This document shows, in pieces, positions 23,454 to 35,605 of a stretch of 64,000 bases of DNA (position 1 is its first letter; each line of letters begins with the position of its first letter). The position numbers and the translations under genes are program-made. Source of the DNA: Felis catus (taxonomy: Eukaryota); the NCBI RefSeq assembly GCF_018350175.1, contig NC_058377.1, positions 111,290,001 through 111,354,000 of the forward strand. Reading direction: 5' to 3'. The notes under the pieces were generated by a model. It saw only the letters and a program-made list of their open reading frames with translations. It was not told where the DNA came from and did no database searches.

Positions 23454-23749
23454 TTAACCATAACAGTGACTGCATGAGACAAGGCCCCGGCGAGTTTGTA
23501 CACTTTCCCACCAATATATGCTGAACCTTTGCTCTGGGAGAGGCACTAGGTAAGCGGTGGTTATAAGACGGATGGACACCTGTCCTCAAGGACGCTGGCG
23601 GGGGGAGGGGCAGATGGAGAGCACGCAATTTCGAGGTGCGCGTGGCCCGGGCAGGGGGAGCACAGGAGGTGGTAGGTGCTTCTGATCTGTTCTGCAGGGG
23701 CCCCATGGGCCAAAGGCCCTCCGGGGAAATGACACTGGAGTGAAGACCC

Positions 23750-24121
23750 TGTTGTGGGCTGAGGTGGGTCCCCCGTATTCATATGCTGGAGCCCTGACTC
23801 CCAGTGTCTCAGAATATTCCTCATTTGGAGAGAGGGTCTCCACAGAGGTAATCGAGGTGGTTAGGGTGGGCCCTGATCCCGTGTGACCGGGGTCCTTGTA
23901 AGAAGAGGGGATCGGGGCACAGACACGCACGGAGGGACGACCCCGTGAGGACACAGGGAGTGGACGGCCGTCCACACGCAAGGAGAGAGGTCTCGGGGGG
24001 ACCTGGCCCTGCCCATGCCTGGACCTCGGGCTCTGGCCTCCGGGACCCAGGGCCAGTGAATGTCTGCTGCATGAGCCCCGTCTGTGGGTCTCTGTTCAGG
24101 CTGCCCGAGCCGATGCTTACA
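23750..24121 (+). mobile_element. Solo MaLR LTR (MLT1B-like) with TG...CA ends and 5-bp TSD
   Basis: Starts tgttgtgggctg and ends cttaca. TSD gaccc at 23745-23749 and 24122-24126. Confidence 0.92.
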
Positions 24122-24687
24122 GACCCAGAGGATAGATGCGCATTAGCCGGAAGGGGGAGGGCTGCATTCCAGGCAGAGGGAACAGCATGTGCAACGCAGA
24201 GGCCAACCAGAGTCAGGGTTCTCTGGAGGCGCATAGGCGGGGCACACAGCTGGACGTCAGGGGCAGGCCGGGTCCCACAGGTCTGGACGCCCTGCCCAGG
24301 CACTATGTTGTGGACCCGCAGGATGGAACGGAGCAGGACTATGGCCTGCTCTGATGTCCGGGCGCAGGGCAGGGGCGGGAGGCAGGGGCTAAGCCCAGGG
24401 CAGAGGGACCAGGAGAGCAGAAAGGGGCCCCGTGGTGTCACAGGACAGGGGCAGGGTCCCAGTGGCAGCGACCCACGCTGCAGGGTCACATGTGGCCCCA
24501 CAGCCGCGTGCTTTTGTCTACACGGGGGCAGGGCTCGTGCTGGGGCGAGGGGCTGAGCCTCCGGGAGGCCGAGCGCCCGCTGGGGAAGGGGGTGATTAGC
24601 GGGGCCCCTTTGAAGACGCCGCCGGGCTCTGGGCTAAGCTGCCAGTGCGCAAGCCGGGACCCCCCCCACCCCTAACAACCGGCCCCA

Positions 24688-24842
24688 TCTGACACGTTGC
24701 ATTTGAACTTCATAAGGGGGAATATTTGTGTCCTGGAGGTGGGATGAAACGTAGCCGGCCAAAGAATTTTAATCACTCACGTAAATGGCCCGCAGTCTGC
24801 ATTTTTCCACGGCCACCTTGTATTCATTTCTTTAATTTTCCC
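24688..24842. promoter_or_regulatory. Candidate conserved non-coding element
   Basis: Unique AT-rich island in GC-rich flanks, with ttgcatttgaa, ttttaatcac, gtaaatgg and tttaatttt. Motif and composition evidence only. Confidence 0.35.
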
Positions 24843-25284
24843 TGGAGGGCGAGGCAGACACAGCTCACCAGCCCTTGGGTTTTGCGGGTGGGCTCCAGAG
24901 GTGGCCTGGGGCATCCGCCTGTCACCTGGACCCTGTCACCTGTCACCTGGAGGCTGCCTCCGCCGACCGGCCTCACCCCGAGTCAGGGAGGACCCGGTGG
25001 CAGGCTCAGTCCCGCTCTCACGTGAGCCTTCATGGTATCCCCATGCCTTGGGACCACTGTCGGCCCCGTGTCACAGGCGGGGAAACCGAGGCTCCCGGAG
25101 GCCGAGCGCCCTGCCAGGTTCGCACAGCTCACCTGCTGGCCCCGCCCGAGGCCCTGCACCGTGGGGACCCTTCCTTGCTTTGCTGTCACTCCCTGGAAAT
25201 TCTCTAAGTCCCCCTCCGGTGCCCGGGGCTGGGAGCCCTCAGTCGGGCCTGAACCCACACATGCTCCAGCAATTCCTTCCTCCC

Positions 25285-25703
25285 TGCGGGGTGTTCTTAC
25301 CGTCCCCACATCGGCTGCATGGGGTTCATGTCTTAGTCCCTGAACCTGTGAATGTGACCTTATTTGAAAAAAGGATCATCGCAGGTGTGATTGAGACCAG
25401 CCTCTCCTGGACTATTCAAGGGGCCCTAAGCCAGTGACAGGTGTCCTTATAAGAGAGGAGGAGAGGAGGGGCCGTGTGACCACAGAGACAGGAGTGATTC
25501 AGCCACCAGCTCGGGGACGCCTGGAGCCCCGGGATTGGAAGAGGAGGAAGGACCCTCTCCCGGCACCTCCGGAGGGAGGGCTGCCCTGCCCACACCTTGA
25601 TCTTGGATTTCTGGTCTCCAGATGGGGACAGAATATATTTCCATTGTGTTAAATTACCCAGTTTGTGGTTGTTTGTTCCCGAGGCCCCCGGAGGGTGAAC
25701 GCG
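25285..25703 (+). mobile_element. MaLR LTR (MLT1C-like)
   Basis: Contains gaacctgtgaatgtgaccttatttgaaaaaagg, caggtgtccttataagaga and ccctgcccacaccttgatcttggatttctgg. Confidence 0.85.
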
Positions 25704-26787
25704 TGGGGTCGGCCGGATGCCCTGATGACCTATAGGGTCGTGCGGAGCCCTGGTTCGAGGGGGGACAGCCTCACAAGCAAATGGGTCCCTCTGGCCGTCA
25801 TGGTATTTCTCTCGTGGGACAGCGTGGGCCTGAGTGAGGACACTCTTGACACGCTGATTTGGAGTGACTCAAACTGTCACCCGCACACAAAATATATCCC
25901 TCCCGGGCCCTGCCTACACTGGGGCAGCGCCATGCCAGGCCCTACAACATTCTCTCAGAGAAGGTGAATTTCTCCCCACGACCCCTCGAGGTGGGACTTT
26001 ATTGTCCCATTTATAGATGAGGCGATGCCATGAGGCAGGGGGAGAGATGAAGCTGAGGTCCTGGTCACTGTGTGTCCCCTTTGCGGTGGCCCTGATGGCA
26101 AAGCCTGGAGAGGCTTTACACACAGCTGCCCAGCGGCTCCCAGAGACCGACAGAGGTGAGTCCGGGGTGGGGGCTCACAGGCTGGCTCCCACTCTGCAAA
26201 GAGTGGGTACCCCAAATCCTACTGGTGGTCCACACTGAGGGCAGGGCCAAGGGCTGGGACCCCCCCACCTCCCTCTGCCACCTGGGCCTGCACCAGTCTC
26301 CCCCAAACCCAACCTACCGCCTGTCCTAGGAGGGGTTCCCAGAGCAGACTCCGAGAAGGGATCCTGAGAAAGAAATCTATAGGGAAATGAGCCCAGGGAA
26401 GACGGACAGCTTGTAGGGCATCAGGACATGGGGCTCAGGTGGCCTAGGAAGGGGTGGTTTTGAGCAGCGTCCCACGGAGACAACTTAGCTCCAACCTCCA
26501 AAGGGCTCTTAGACACATGGGTCACTCCCCCAAGGTTCAAGGTCAAGGGCGAGGAGCCACCCCTGCAGAGTCCTGGCACTCTTCACCAGAGCCTGAATTA
26601 GCACAGACACGAGCAAAGAGGGCTGGGGCGAGACCAGAAGGGACACAGGGGACTCATGTTGCAAGACAGACATCCAGGGCACCCTCCGTGGGGGCTAACG
26701 TGGCCTGGGGGTCCTGGAAGTGCCTGCTGGGAGGAGGTGAGTGGGAGAGGCTAGGGGAAGGGGGCAGGGGGTTCTGCAAGGAGGGGG

Positions 26788-27158
26788 TATCATGAGCTGA
26801 ATTGTGTCTGCCCCTCCCCAAATTCATATGTTGGAGTCCTAACCCCCAGGACCTCAGAATGGGACCTCGTTTAGACAGAGGGTCTTTGTAGAGGTGGTCC
26901 AATTAAAGTGAGGCCATGGGGATGGGCCTTGGTCCCATAGGACTGGTGTCTCTACAGGAAGAGCCCATTGGAACGCAGACACACAGAGGGAAGAACTCGT
27001 GAGCACCCCCAAGGAGGAGGGGGCCCTTCAGGAGGACCTGGCCCTGCCGACACCTTGATGTCAGACTTCCAGCTTCCAGAACTGAGACCGTAAATTTCCG
27101 TGGCTTAAGCCACTCAGTCTGTGGGACTTTGTGGCAGAAGCCCTAACACGCGAATGCA
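26788..27158 (+). mobile_element. MaLR LTR (MLT1B-like)
   Basis: Contains gagctgaattgtgtc, aattcatatgttggagtcctaacccccag and ccctgccgacaccttgatgtcagacttccagc. Confidence 0.88.
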
Positions 27159-27346
27159 GTGGACTTCCATGTATTCAATTGAGAAGGACAACATTTTGAG
27201 GAAATGGAAGCTGCCCGTTGGGGACGACAGGCTGTGGGTTTCTACCAAATGCAGTAGGAGCCATTGAAGGATTAATTCCGGGGACAGCAGAGAGAGCTTA
27301 AGGGGACGGGTATCACATGACCAAGCATGCATCTTAAATTTTTACT

Positions 27347-27556
27347 TTTTAAAAAAGTTTACTTATTTATTTATTTGAGAGAGAGAGGAGGGGGGGAGAG
27401 GGAGAGAGAGAGAGCGAGCATGCGAAAACGGGTGCAAGCAGGGGAGGAGAAGAGATAGAGAATCCCAAGCTGGGCTCAATCTCCTGACTGTGAGATCATG
27501 ACCTGAACTGAGATCAGGAATTGGATGCTTAACCGGCTAAGCCACCCCGGTGCCCC
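27347..27556 (-). mobile_element. Older Can-SINE with an internal deletion
   Basis: Contains gagatcatgacctgaactgagatcagg and gccaccccggtgcccc. Flanked by aatttttact / aatttttatt. Confidence 0.9.
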
Positions 27557-28361
27557 AATTTTTATTTACTTTTTCATTGGAGTATAACTTAGGGTAAATA
27601 TAAGTGTACAGCTCAATGAGGCTTTACTTCAATTTTATTGAGATACAATGGGTGTACAATAAACTATCCATGTCTAAGTGTTCAATTTCATGAGTTTGAC
27701 ATATGCAAACACGTGTGAAGCCATGGACTCAAGCAAGGTCATGAACTCATCCATCACATGCCCTGGACCCCCGTAATCCACCTCTCTCTCTGCCCTTGTC
27801 CCCGGGACAACTGCTGATCTGCTTTCTTTCACTAGACGTGTGTTAGCATTTTCTATGACTTTATACAAAAACAATCACAAAGTACACGCTCTTTCTTTTG
27901 GTCTGACTTCTCTCACTTAGCACGAATGTTTTGAAGTTCATCTATGGTGTATCATGTGCCAACAATCCACTCTTGTTTGTTGCTGAATACTATTCCACTG
28001 TGTGAACGCATCACACTTGTTACATGTTCACCCACTGGTAGACCTTTGGATTGTTTCCAGGTTTAAGCTGTTACAAATAACGCTGCTGTGAACATTCCTG
28101 TACAAACCCCTGTGTGGACACAGGTTTCTATTTCTCTTGAGTAAACATCTAGGGGCGGAATAGTTGGGTCACACAATATGTATGTGTTTAGCTGTGTAAG
28201 GAAGTACCAAACCTTTCCCCCAAAGTGGTTGTACCATTTTAAACTCTTACCAGCATAAACGAGAATTCTGGTAGTTTTATATCCTTGCTCGAACTTGGTG
28301 TGCTTAGTGTTTTTGTCATTGGTCATCCTGGTGGGGGTGCAGTGGTAGCTCACTGTCATTT

Positions 28362-28584
28362 TTTTTTTTTTAATTTTTTTTCAACGTTTATTTATTTTTG
28401 GGACAGAGAGAGACAGAGCATGAACGGGGGAGGGGCAGAGAGAGAGGGAGACACAGAATTGGAAACAGGCTCCAGGCTCTGAGCCATCAGCCCAGAGCCC
28501 GACGCGGGGCTCGAACTCACGGACCGCGAGATCGTGACCTGGCTGAAGTCGGACGCTCAACCGACTGCGCCACCCAGGCGCCCC
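28362..28584 (-). mobile_element. Young Can-SINE (SINEC_Fc) with perfect TSD
   Basis: TSD tcactgtcattt at 28350-28361 and 28585-28596. Confidence 0.98.
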
Positions 28585-28850
28585 TCACTGTCATTTGAAT
28601 CTCCATTTCTACAATGGCTAATGATGTTGAGGACTTTGTCGTGTGACCATTTGTTTATCTTCTTTAATTCAAGATGTATTCAAGTCTTTTGCTCACTTTT
28701 ATCGGCTTGTCTTCTTAGGGTTCTTAGAGACATGCATATATTCTGGACATGAATCCTTTGTCTGATATCTGTGCTATCAATTTATCGCCTGTCTGTCATT
28801 TGCCTTTTCATTCTCTTACTGGTGTCTTCTCAAAGAGCAGAAAATTCTGG

Positions 28851-29072
28851 GGGACGCCTGGGTGGCGCAGTCGGTTAAGCGGCCGACTTCGGCTCAGGTC
28901 ATGATCTCGCGGTCCGTGAGTTCGTGCCCCACATCGGGCTCTGTGCTGACAGCTCAGAGCCTGGAGCCTGCTTCAGATTCTGTCTCCCTCTCTCTGACCC
29001 TCCCCTGTTCATGCTGTGTCTCTCCCTGTCTCAAAAATAAATAAACGTTAAAAAAAATTAAAAAAAAATAAA
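28851..29072 (+). mobile_element. Can-SINE with no evident TSD
   Basis: gggacgcctgggtggcgcagtcggttaagc head and A-rich tail. Confidence 0.96.
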
Positions 29073-29663
29073 TTTTTTTTCATTCATTCTAGGTCTGTGC
29101 ATTTCTATACACATTTCAGTATTAGCTTATAAATTTTTACCAGAATGTATTGGATGTATACATCAATCTGAGAACAAGTACCATCTTAATATTGAGTCTT
29201 CCAATCTATGAACATGGTATATCTCTTCACTTGTTTAGATCTTCTACTTTTTTTTTAAGTGTCTTGGTATTTGTATACATTGAGACACGATCACCGCTAG
29301 AGGCTAGTTAACATCCATCGCCTCCCATAATCATAAAAATGTTTTTTCTTGTGATGAGCACTCTTGAGATTTACTTTCTTAGCAACTTTCATGTGCGCAA
29401 TACAGTATCGTTAACTAGAAGCATCATGTTGCTTATTACACCCCTACGGCTTGTTTTCCAATTGGAAGTTTTTGCCTTTTGACCCCCTTCACCCACTTTG
29501 CCCACCCCAAGCCCCCACCTCTGGCAACCACCAGTCTCTTCTCTATCTACAAGTTTGGTTTTTTTGGTCTTGTTTTTTTAGATTCCACATATAAGTGAGA
29601 CCATACGGTATTTGTCTTTCTCTCTCTGACTTATTTCACTTGGCATACCTTCCAGGTCCATCC

Positions 29664-29812
29664 NNNNNNNNNNNNNNNNNNNNNNNNNNNNNNNNNNNNN
29701 NNNNNNNNNNNNNNNNNNNNNNNNNNNNNNNNNNNNNNNNNNNNNNNNNNNNNNNNNNNNNNNNNNNNNNNNNNNNNNNNNNNNNNNNNNNNNNNNNNNN
29801 NNNNNNNNNNNN
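29664..29812. other. Assembly gap
   Basis: Run of N. Confidence 1.
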
Positions 29813-29942
29813 GTTTCTTGGGTTCTTAGGTTGTTTCTTTGTCTTGGCCGTTGTAAATAATACTGCATCATGAGGTCATCATGAGGGTGCATAGGTCCTT
29901 TTGATCAGTTTTTATTTTCTTCAGATAAATACCCAGAAGAGG

Positions 29943-30158
29943 NNNNNNNNNNNNNNNNNNNNNNNNNNNNNNNNNNNNNNNNNNNNNNNNNNNNNNNNNN
30001 NNNNNNNNNNNNNNNNNNNNNNNNNNNNNNNNNNNNNNNNNNNNNNNNNNNNNNNNNNNNNNNNNNNNNNNNNNNNNNNNNNNNNNNNNNNNNNNNNNNN
30101 NNNNNNNNNNNNNNNNNNNNNNNNNNNNNNNNNNNNNNNNNNNNNNNNNNNNNNNNNN
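29943..30158. other. Assembly gap
   Basis: Run of N. Confidence 1.
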
Positions 30159-31289
30159 CTGATACTTAATAATGTTGACCATCTTTTCACGTACCCGTTG
30201 GCCATTTGTATGTCTTCTTTGGAAAAATGTCTATTCAGATCTTCTGCTTCTTTTAAAAGTTGAATTGTTTGTGTTTTTTGCTATTGAGTTGTATGAGTTC
30301 TTTATATATTATAGATATTAACCTCTTAGAAGATATATGACTTGCAATTATTTTCTCCCATTCGGTAGGTTGCCTTTCCATTTTGTTGATGGTTTTCTTT
30401 GTTGTGCAACTTTTTAGTTTGATGGAGCTCCATTTGTTTATTTTGTTTTCGGTGTCACATTAAAAAAATCATCTCCAAGACCCATGTTAAGGAGTTTACC
30501 ACCTGTTTTCTTCTCAGAGTTTCATGGTTTCAGTTCTCACATTTAGGTCTTTAATCCATTTTAATTTTCATGTATGATGTAAGTTAGTGGTCCTGTTTCG
30601 TTCTTTTCCATGTGTCTGTCTAGTCTTCTTTTCTGTTGAAGAGACTATCTTTTCCTCATGGTATATTCTTCCCTGCGCCATAAATTAAACCAAAGTATAG
30701 ATGCATGGGTGAATTTCTGGGCTCTATTCTGTTAGTTTTTCTTAAATTTCTCTCAATAAAGTTGTAGTTTTTCAATATGGAGTCTTGGTTGCCTCTTATT
30801 AGATTATTTCAAAGTATTTTTTTTTGAGGGAGGGTTGCTGTTCTAAATAGATTTTTTTTTAATTTATGAAATTTGCCTCCTTTATGTGATAATATTATGA
30901 ATCACATTTCAAATATTTAGTCAACTTTGCATTCCTAGGTTAAACCCTCCTTATTCCTGATGCATTATTACTTTTGTATATTATGGGATAGGACTTACTA
31001 ATATTTTAAAAGGATTTTTGTGTCTGTTTTCCCAAGGAATGTTGGTCTACAGTTTTATTTTTAAAAATGTCTTTGTCATGTTTTTGCATTACGGTTGTGC
31101 TTGTCTTATAAAATGATTTGGGTGATGTTTCCTTCCTCCTTCCTTTCTAGAAAAATAAAAACGTATGTAAGATTGATTCATTTCTTCCTTGAGTGTTTAA
31201 TAAAATTAACCAACAAAACCATCTAGCTCTGGATTTTCCTTTTTGGAAGAGTTTTTTTTTATTATTATTATTCTAAGTTAACTTTCTTT

Positions 31290-31609
31290 TTTAAAAAATA
31301 TAATTTATTGTCAAATTGGCTTACATACAACACCCAGTGCTCATCCCAACAAGTGCCCTCCTCAATGCCCATCACCCACTTTTCCCTCTTTCCCACCCCC
31401 CCATCAACCCTCAGTGTGTTCTCTATATTTAAGAGTCTCTTATGGTTTGCCTCCCTCCCTCTTTGTAACTATTTGTTCCCTCTTCCCTTTCCCCCGGTCT
31501 TCTGTTAACTTTCTCAAGATCCACATATGAGTGACATCAACAAAACTAAGAGGCAACCTGATGGAAAGGGAAAAGATATTTGCAAATGACATATCAGATA
31601 AAGGGCTAG
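31290..31609 (-). mobile_element. Felid-type L1 insertion, 5'-truncated with 5' inversion
   Basis: Antisense 3' UTR at 31290-31534 (aatttattgtcaaattgg...catacaacacccagtgctcatccc) joins a sense ORF2 piece at 31535-31609. TSD taagttaact(t/c)tcttt at 31274-31289 and 31610-31625. Confidence 0.9.
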
Positions 31610-33649
31610 TAAGTTAACTCTCTTTAACAGATGCAGGACTATTCAGATTTTCTGTTTCCTCTTGTATCAATTTGTGAAGTTTGCTTTTCCCACAAATTCA
31701 TTTATTTCATTTAAGTTGCTGAATTTGTTGGTATAAAGAAGTTCACGATGCTCTTTAAGATTCTGCAGGATCTGCGGTGACAATATTCTTTCAGTTTCTG
31801 GTTTTGGAACTGATATTTGTAGTCTCTCTCTCTCTCTCTCTCTCTCTTCCTCTCTCTTATTTACTTCAACAGTCGAGGAGTTTATTTTGTCGATCTTCTC
31901 AAAGAATCCATTTTTGGCATTGTTTTCTTTCTCTTTTGGCTGTCTGTTTTCTATTTGATTGTTCTTCCTCTTCTCATTGTTATTTCCTTCCTTCTTCATT
32001 TGGATTTACTTTGCTTTTCTTTTTCGAGCTACCCAAGTTGGATCTTTGGGTAACTGATTTTAGATTGTTCTTGTTTTCTAATGCAAGTATTTAAAATTCT
32101 AAGTTTCCCTGTAAGCACTGCTTTTGCTACACCCCGCAGATTTTGATATGATATGTTTCCACTATCATTCAATTCAAATTATTTTCTAATTTCTCTTGTG
32201 ATTTCATTTTTAATTCATGAGTCATTTGTAGATTCATGAATCATTTATAGATATTTGGGATTTTCCCTAGATGTCTCGTTATTAATTTCTAATGAGATTC
32301 AGTCATTGTCAGAGAACAAACTCCAGATGATTCCTGTCCTTTAAAATTTGCTGAGACTTGACTTATGGCCCAGCATACGGTTTATCTTGACAAAAAGTGC
32401 AATTGACAAGAATTTGTACTCTGTAGTTACTGGATGTAGTGTTCTATAAATATCATTAGATCAAAGTGACTAATAGTGTTGTTTGTACCTTCCATGTCTT
32501 TGCTGATTTTTTTTTGTATATTTGTTCTATTGATTGCTGAGGGAGGGGTGTTAAAATCTCCCTTTTATGATTGTGAAATTGTTTATTTCTTCCCTTGATC
32601 CTGTCAATTTTGCTTCATGCCTTTTCAGGTTTTATTAGTAGGCACATAAAAATCTATAATTGTTACAGCCTCCTAGTTAATCATCCCTCCTATGATAACA
32701 AATGTCTCCTTTATCTCTGATAATACTTTCTGACTTGAAGTCTACTATTAACATACATCTTAATTAATATTAATATAACCACCCAGCTACCTGATGCTTA
32801 TTATTTTTATGGTGTATCTTTTTCAATTTATTTATTTCAACCTATATGTGTCTTTATATTTAAAGTAAATCTCTTATAGGCAGCGTGTAATTAGGTCTTC
32901 CTTTTTTTTTTTTATCCATTCTGTCGATCTCTTGCTTTTAACTGGCATTTTTAGAATATTAACAATGTCAGTCCTTTCTAACTTTTGTTTCTTTCTTCTT
33001 CCTTCTCTGCATGCCTTTGGATTATTGAGATTTTTTTAATATTCCATTTTAATTTACCTATTGGCTTTCTGGCTTTATTTCTTTTTCTGCATGTGATTAC
33101 TCTAGGAATTGTAGTATCCGTACCTAATCTTTCTCCAGCTGATTGGAATTACTATAGTGTTATTTCGCAGCCTACCTCACCTTGAGTTTCAGAGAGGGGA
33201 TAGTGGGGGCCACCTCCTGACTGGCCCATGCCCCTCCCTGGTTTCAGCTCTTGGCCGTCCCAGTGGGGGCATAAAGCCCTGAGAGCATCAAAAAGACTAA
33301 GGCACAGCACTTCTCTCCAGGGGCTGGTATACAAGCCTACAGGGCTCATGAGGGTCTCTTAGCCCATCTGCCCTCATGTCAGCCCTGGGTCCTCTCAAGG
33401 CCACCACTGTGGGTGTATAGGTTGTACACTGCACAACTCTAAGGTCACCATTCTCGTTGTAGTCTTGGGGCCCCACTATCCAGGAACACTTTGGGCCTTG
33501 TTCTCTGTGCATAGACCTCTAGCTGGCCTGCCCTGCCGTTCCCCCAGCACGGGGCGGCACCAGAATACCAGGGCCCAAGGGTGAAGCCACAGGCACTGAC
33601 TAGATGATTGGTTTGAATCATCCGCCTGGGTTTGAATTCTCTGACACGG

Positions 33650-33790
33650 GACCCAGAGAAGATTTCCCTCCTCATTGTGCCTCGGTTTCCTCACCTGCAA
33701 AGTGGGAGTCAAGGCAGCACCTGCCTCACAGGGTCCAAGTGGGGATGAAGTTGGACGACCCAGGTGAGGTACTCCCCAGTCAGTACTGCC
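33650..33790 (+). mobile_element. MIR fragment
   Basis: Contains gtgcctcggtttcctcacctgcaaagtggg and cacctgcctcacaggg. Confidence 0.7.
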
Positions 33791-34509
33791 CACGGTTATG
33801 CTCGAGGTGGCCAGGTCAGGGCAGAGCCACCAGAGGTGTACAGGGGCCACACAGGCCTTTGAGAGGTGCCGAAGGCCTTGGGTCCACATAGCAATTGCCA
33901 CCCACACAGGCTGACGTCCCTTCCAATGTCGCAGCAGGGCTAAGGTCACTTGGAACCACGGAGAGGGGCGGGTGAGCTGGGGGTGGGGGCAAGCCAGAGT
34001 CCCTGGTGGGCAGGGCTCAGCTGCTCCCCTCAGAGAGACCCCAGGAGCTGCTCCAAGTCAGACCCAGCCTCTGTCCTGGCCGTGGGAGAGAGTTGAGGGC
34101 TCTGTGGCCTCCCCAAGTAACCCAGGGCCATGAGGTGGAGGCTTGGGGCCGAGATGGAGAGGCAGGGGCTCGTGGACAGCTCTGCACATCCCCAGGCCAG
34201 GCCCACGGGGATACGAGGCAAATTTCAGGGTGGCGTGGAGGGGTGGGGTGTGTGTGGGCCTTGGTGCCTCTTTCTGTCCCATCCCCCCCTGCCCTTTCTC
34301 AGCCTAAAGAGAAGAATTGGCCTTCAGCCAGCTCCCCGGTGCGGTCATAACCGCAGAACCCCTCTGCAGAGTGGACCCGTCGCCCCCTCCGCCCTGTTAC
34401 GGCGAGCTGCCCAGGGTCATGACCAGCCTGCCCAGCCTGTGAATGGTGGAGCCAGATGCAAAGCGCAAGCCGGTCTCGGGGCGAAAATCGGTCCAACTGG
34501 CGACGCACG

Positions 34510-35000
34510 AGCGATTCCACACCTAGAGAAGCGCAGGCAGAGGTCCGCACGGACGCTTGCGTGTAAATGCTCGTAGCAGCACTAATCATAACAGCCCCAA
34601 AGTGGCAACAGCCTACATGCCCACCAACCAACAAATGGATGAATAAAACGGGGTCTGTCCGTACAAGAGAATATTGTTCAGCCCTGAAAAGCAATGAAAT
34701 TCCGGAGCCTGACAGACACTACAACACGGACGAGCCTCGAAAACATTACATTAGTGAGAGGACCACAGACCGTGTGATTCCACTTAGAAGGAGACCGCGG
34801 TTGCCAGGGGTGGGAGTGGCTGGGGAAGTGGGCGGAACCCGGGGGTGGGGCTGAGGGGTGTGGCCTTTCTTTGGCGGGTAAAGAAAACGTTAAGGTTGAT
34901 GGTGATGATGCCGGCATGGCTCTGAATTCACCCAAAACCACTGAAGTGCACACTTCAAACGGGCACATCGTGGGGTACGCGAGTTATTCCGCAGGAAAGT
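34510..35000 (+). mobile_element. L1MB-type 3' end
   Basis: ORF 34567 begins MLVAALIITAPKWQQPTCPPTNKWMNK, like the L1 ORF2p C-terminus, followed by 3' UTR motifs. Confidence 0.85.
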
Positions 35001-35382
35001 TGCCAAGGATAAAAGGACGGAGACGTTTGCGAAGGGCCTGTCCTGGCGTCCTACCCCTTGTGTGCAGATCCGTACATCAAGACCACACAGCCAGGTGCCT
35101 GGCCCAGCACCCTGCACTATTCAGCGCTCCAACGTTGGTCTCTTTCCTCGGGTCCACGCTCTGGGGCTCTCAGGCCACGCCAGTCACCTGCCCTGGGCCA
35201 GGTACTGGGCTGAGTACAGACAGTCCAGATCCAGCCAAGTCACCGTGTGTGGCAGCCCACAGTGTGCTCACTTTGTTGGCAAGACACCTCGGGATCCATC
35301 TGCCAAAGGAACATAACCAGGAGTAGACTGTGTAGTGATGAAAGGCGTGAGCGCCCCAGCGCCTGGCCTCGGCGATTCTCTA

Positions 35383-35605
35383 GTAGTCAGTACACAGCTG
35401 CGTAACAAAGAGGCCCGAAAATCCGGTGGTCCCGTCGCAACATTAATTTCTCCCCGGAAGGCCAGGTGAGCCGCCCAGGCCTATCTGGGCTCTTTACCGC
35501 CTGTGCTCAGCTGTGCTCAGCAAGTAGCTTCCGCCTCGGGTCCCAGATGGGGAACTTATCTGGACACAGCTTGCTGCAAGGGAGTCTGGGAAATGCAGGC
35601 CATGC
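35383..35605 (-). mobile_element. Old MaLR LTR fragment (MLT1J/K-like)
   Basis: Contains agctgcgtaacaaa and gctgcaagggagtctgggaaatgcag. Confidence 0.55.

Larger units (their letters stand above)
29248..30733 (-). mobile_element. Nested L1 (L1MA9/L1_Carn-like) 3' ~1.5 kb
   Basis: Contains tagttaacatccatc, cttagcaactttc and gattccacatataagtgagaccatacgg. The host L1 resumes after 30733. Confidence 0.85.
27570..33170 (-). mobile_element. Old L1M (3' UTR plus ORF2), fragmented and hosting nested L1s and SINEs
   Basis: Minus-strand ORFs 28063-28359 (..DPTIPPLDVYSRE..MFTAALFVTA) and 31667-31999 (..FFEKIDKIN..LYTNKFSNLNE) resemble L1 ORF2p. The block is AT-rich. Confidence 0.92.
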
